Origin: Dimorphilus gyrociliatus
Lineage: Eukaryota; Animalia; Annelida
Direction: 5' to 3'
Assembly (NCBI GenBank): GCA_904063045.1
Contig: CAJFCJ010000070.1
Span: 200,785 to 264,784 of the forward strand
Length of the DNA: 64,000 nt
The notes below the pieces were generated by a model that searched no databases, was not told the origin of the DNA, and worked only from the letters and a program-made list of their open reading frames with translations. The position numbers and the translations under genes were made by a program. How positions within the stretch are numbered: position 1 is the first letter of the stretch; every line of letters begins with the position of its first letter. Positions 61,098 through 64,000 of this stretch are shown one piece after another.

Positions 61098-63992
61098 TTA
61101 AAGTTTCTTCTTAATTCTTCTTCCAGTTCTAACCATCTTCTCTGCAACTACTGGTTTATGTTCGTCTGTTTCCTTCTCCATCTTCCTCTTCATAGTGAAT
61201 TTTCTTGTAATTGTATCAAACTTTGGTTTTTTTCCTGGTTGAGGTGGTGCACTAAGTGAAGATGTTTCTTCTGCATTCTTCTTTTTATAAAAATGTTTAA
61301 TTGTTGATGTTCCTGTTTTATTTAGTGAAAAATGACATTTTTCTGATGAATCTGTACTAGTTGTATTTCTTTTATGAAATAAGGAAGTAGACATATTTTG
61401 TTCCTGTTTAAAATAAATGTTTTTATGAATTAATTGAAAATAACTATTTATGTTGTTTGTAAAAGCAAATATCAGAGGAATGTTTTTAAATATGGAATTC
61501 TTATCACTTAATAATTTATAGGTTTTTGTTAATTTTTTTAACACTGGTCCATGATCATTTCTATAAGGCATAATTAATGGTAGCTTTGAATATACTGGAC
61601 AACTGGTATATCTGGCTAAGCCAAAGGGATAATACATGACATTTTTCATATTCAAGTGATAAATATATCTGTTCATTTCAATTGTTGATTTATCTCTTTG
61701 CAATTGTTCATAAGGAAATATTGTTATATTAAATTGATTTTCTGCAAAATGTTGATGCTGGATATAGTTTTCTACTAGGTCAATATTATTCAATTCCAAA
61801 TATTTTCTTGATAGAAGGTATTTAAGTGTTTGTAAGATGTTGATTTTTTTATGTTGCTGTATAGAAAAGTACATCATTTGTCCACATTCTTTACATTGTA
61901 ATAGAAATACTTTTGAGTTATCTGTAATTAAATCTACACAGTTTTTCCTATAAATGAAATTCATGTTTAGAGGGCAGAATATCTTTTTTCTTATGTTAAA
62001 ATATATTCTTAATTCCTTTGGAATATTCCACTGTTTCTTTCTATTTTCTTCCAACACTCTTTCATAGTTTTCTTTCTTCATTTGGTCTTTAATTACAGAC
62101 TGTATTGCTTTTTTTATTTCTTTAGCACTGTAGCCTTGACTGGAAAGTGGTTTCATCACAGTTTGACAAGTTTGAAAGAATAGAAATGGAGAGGAGCTGT
62201 TATTAAGAAATCTTTTGAATTGAGATTTTAAAAGTCCTTTAAAGATATGTTTAGGATGAAAAGAAGTTCTATGAAGTTGATGAAATGTTTCACAATTTTT
62301 GAAGAAAGTTAGATGATCCAATTGATTTGTTGAGAGAAATCTTGTTCCTTTAAATAGAATTAAATCTAAAAAGTTGATTGATTGAAAACTAGTTGTTCCC
62401 TCAAACTTTAAATTTTTTAATATATTATTGACTTTTTGAAGATAGCTATGAAATGTATCAATGCTACCTGTCCAAATTAGGAAAATATCATCCAAATATC
62501 TTTTATAAAATAGAGGTTTAGGTCTAATGTTGAAGAGGTAGACTTCTTCCACCCAAGCCATCCATAAGTTTGCATAAGCAGGAGCATAACTTTGACCCAT
62601 AGCACAACCACTCTTTTGTAAGTATATTGTATCTAAAAATTTAAAATGATTCTTATGCAAGTTGAATTTGAGAAGTTGAATAAGAAAATCATCAGGTCTG
62701 TGCTTGTAGGAATACTTTTCAAAAAAATATTTTACAGCTTTCAATCCAGTGTAAGTATCAATGTTTGTATACATACTTTTTATGTCCAGAGTCACCAAAA
62801 GAGCATCATCTGGAATTGTTATTCTATTAAGTTCATCCAACAGTTGTTTAGAATTACCAATATATGAAGAATGTAGCATACTAATTGGTTTGAGGTGATG
62901 TGAGATATATCTTGATATTTCATAAGATTCTGTCCTTAAATTGCTAACAACAGGCCTTCCTTTAGGAATTTTACCATCAACCAACCATTGTTCTGGTTCC
63001 TTATGTATTTTAGGTAAGCCATAAAATATTCTATTCTCAAAAGAATGCTTCTTTGTACACAGAGAATCCAACAAATGTTTATATTCTTTTTCATCCAAGG
63101 TAACTTTAAATGTTTTAATTAGGTCTTTATAATAGAAAATTGAGTTTTCTAAAAATTTATTACCAGAAATATTTATATTAGAAGTTGTTGATAGTTTACA
63201 ATATTGTTTATTATCAGAAAGTAATTGATTGCACATGTAGATATAATCTTCAGTATTTTGTATCACAACACAAGATCCCTTGTCAGCTGGCTTAATCACA
63301 ATGTCTAATGATAAAAACTTTCTCAGAGATTTAAAGAAATCTTTGTCAAATTTTCCAAGTTTTTGATTAGAATTCTCTTTAAAAATATTACTTTGAATTG
63401 CCTTTCTGCATCCTTTGAAAAATTGTAACATTTCATCACTGTCACCATCACCACCATCATCATCATCAGTATCATCTAGTTCTTCAACAGATGTTATATT
63501 TCTTTCAAATCCTTCTTTTGGTATCCATTGATAGTTAATACATGTAAGATTTTCCAGATTTGTTGATTTATTTTGTTTTTTAATGATTGATACTTTTTTA
63601 AAGAATCTCTCTAAATTGAACAATGTGTATTGCTTCCATTTGTCTGGTTTTATACTTTCATGTACAAACTTTAAACCAAGATTAAAAAAACTATTGACAT
63701 CATTTGGAATCTGATATTTGCTCAAATTAACAACATATTGAGTATTTAATTGTTTATAGAAATTAAATCCAGACATTAATATTACCTTGTTAGTTGATGT
63801 ATCTATGTCCATTGTTTCCTCTTTCTGATCTTTGATAATTCTCTGCAAAGTTTTCATTACTAAATCAATTGAAAATTCTTGTGCCTTCTTTGTCAGGTGT
63901 TTACATTTCGAATTTCCAGTTGGATTATCTGTAAATCCCAATTTTCTCATATCAGTCATATCAAGAACAGTGGCTTGGTTCTTAGTTGCCAT
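61098..63992 (-). CDS. PLE2 reverse transcriptase with degenerate GIY-YIG-like domain (may extend upstream of the window)
   Basis: VVNLS..LGLKF, IKPADKG, FYGLPKIHK, GRPVVS, LDIKSMYTNI, GCAMG, YLDDI. The EN region reads VFLLQCKECGQMMYFS...GLAR. Confidence 0.93.
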   Translation of the reverse strand: MATKNQATVLDMTDMRKLGFTDNPTGNSKCKHLTKKAQEFSIDLVMKTLQRIIKDQKEETMDIDTSTNKVILMSGFNFYKQLNTQYVVNLSKYQIPNDVNSFFNLGLKFVHESIKPDKWKQYTLFNLERFFKKVSIIKKQNKSTNLENLTCINYQWIPKEGFERNITSVEELDDTDDDDGGDGDSDEMLQFFKGCRKAIQSNIFKENSNQKLGKFDKDFFKSLRKFLSLDIVIKPADKGSCVVIQNTEDYIYMCNQLLSDNKQYCKLSTTSNINISGNKFLENSIFYYKDLIKTFKVTLDEKEYKHLLDSLCTKKHSFENRIFYGLPKIHKEPEQWLVDGKIPKGRPVVSNLRTESYEISRYISHHLKPISMLHSSYIGNSKQLLDELNRITIPDDALLVTLDIKSMYTNIDTYTGLKAVKYFFEKYSYKHRPDDFLIQLLKFNLHKNHFKFLDTIYLQKSGCAMGQSYAPAYANLWMAWVEEVYLFNIRPKPLFYKRYLDDIFLIWTGSIDTFHSYLQKVNNILKNLKFEGTTSFQSINFLDLILFKGTRFLSTNQLDHLTFFKNCETFHQLHRTSFHPKHIFKGLLKSQFKRFLNNSSSPFLFFQTCQTVMKPLSSQGYSAKEIKKAIQSVIKDQMKKENYERVLEENRKKQWNIPKELRIYFNIRKKIFCPLNMNFIYRKNCVDLITDNSKVFLLQCKECGQMMYFSIQQHKKINILQTLKYLLSRKYLELNNIDLVENYIQHQHFAENQFNITIFPYEQLQRDKSTIEMNRYIYHLNMKNVMYYPFGLARYTSCPVYSKLPLIMPYRNDHGPVLKKLTKTYKLLSDKNSIFKNIPLIFAFTNNINSYFQLIHKNIYFKQEQNMSTSLFHKRNTTSTDSSEKCHFSLNKTGTSTIKHFYKKKNAEETSSLSAPPQPGKKPKFDTITRKFTMKRKMEKETDEHKPVVAEKMVRTGRRIKKKL

Positions 63993-64000
63993 TTGAATAT

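Larger units (their letters stand above)
57610..64000 (-). mobile_element. PLE2: long Penelope-like element with degenerate endonuclease, extra ORFs and tandem 3' repeat (extends beyond the window)
   Basis: RT ORF 61098-63992, co-oriented ORFs 60029-60859 and 59796-60023, duplicated hammerhead-bearing 3' unit joined to a telomeric tract. Confidence 0.8.

Overview
AT-rich eukaryotic (invertebrate, probably lophotrochozoan-like; this is inferred from gene content) region that appears to run into a chromosome end on the right. From 1 to about 52 kb it is a repeat-rich patchwork. Host genes or pseudogenes there: two LDLa-LRR-7TM GRL101-like receptors, an intronless class A GPCR, a trefoil/PAN protein, a furin-like Cys-rich pseudogene and an inverted pair of discoidin-like genes. 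Mobile DNA there: two related Ty3/Gypsy families with a class III fusogen-like env, their solo LTRs, several MULE transposases and a 3.2 kb palindrome. From 53.1 kb onward is the most notable system: a co-oriented array of Penelope-like retroelements (PLEs) separated by mixed TTAGGG/TTAGG tracts, oriented as expected for reverse transcription primed on the telomeric G-strand. PLE1 is intact. It has a coiled-coil ORF1 joined to RT plus GIY-YIG by a canonical G GGA AAC -1 slippery site, and a 3' hammerhead ribozyme. PLE2 has an intact RT, a degenerate GIY-YIG, extra co-oriented ORFs and a tandem 3' repeat with two hammerheads that ends in a built-in telomere-complementary anchor. All calls were made by eye; no database searches were run.
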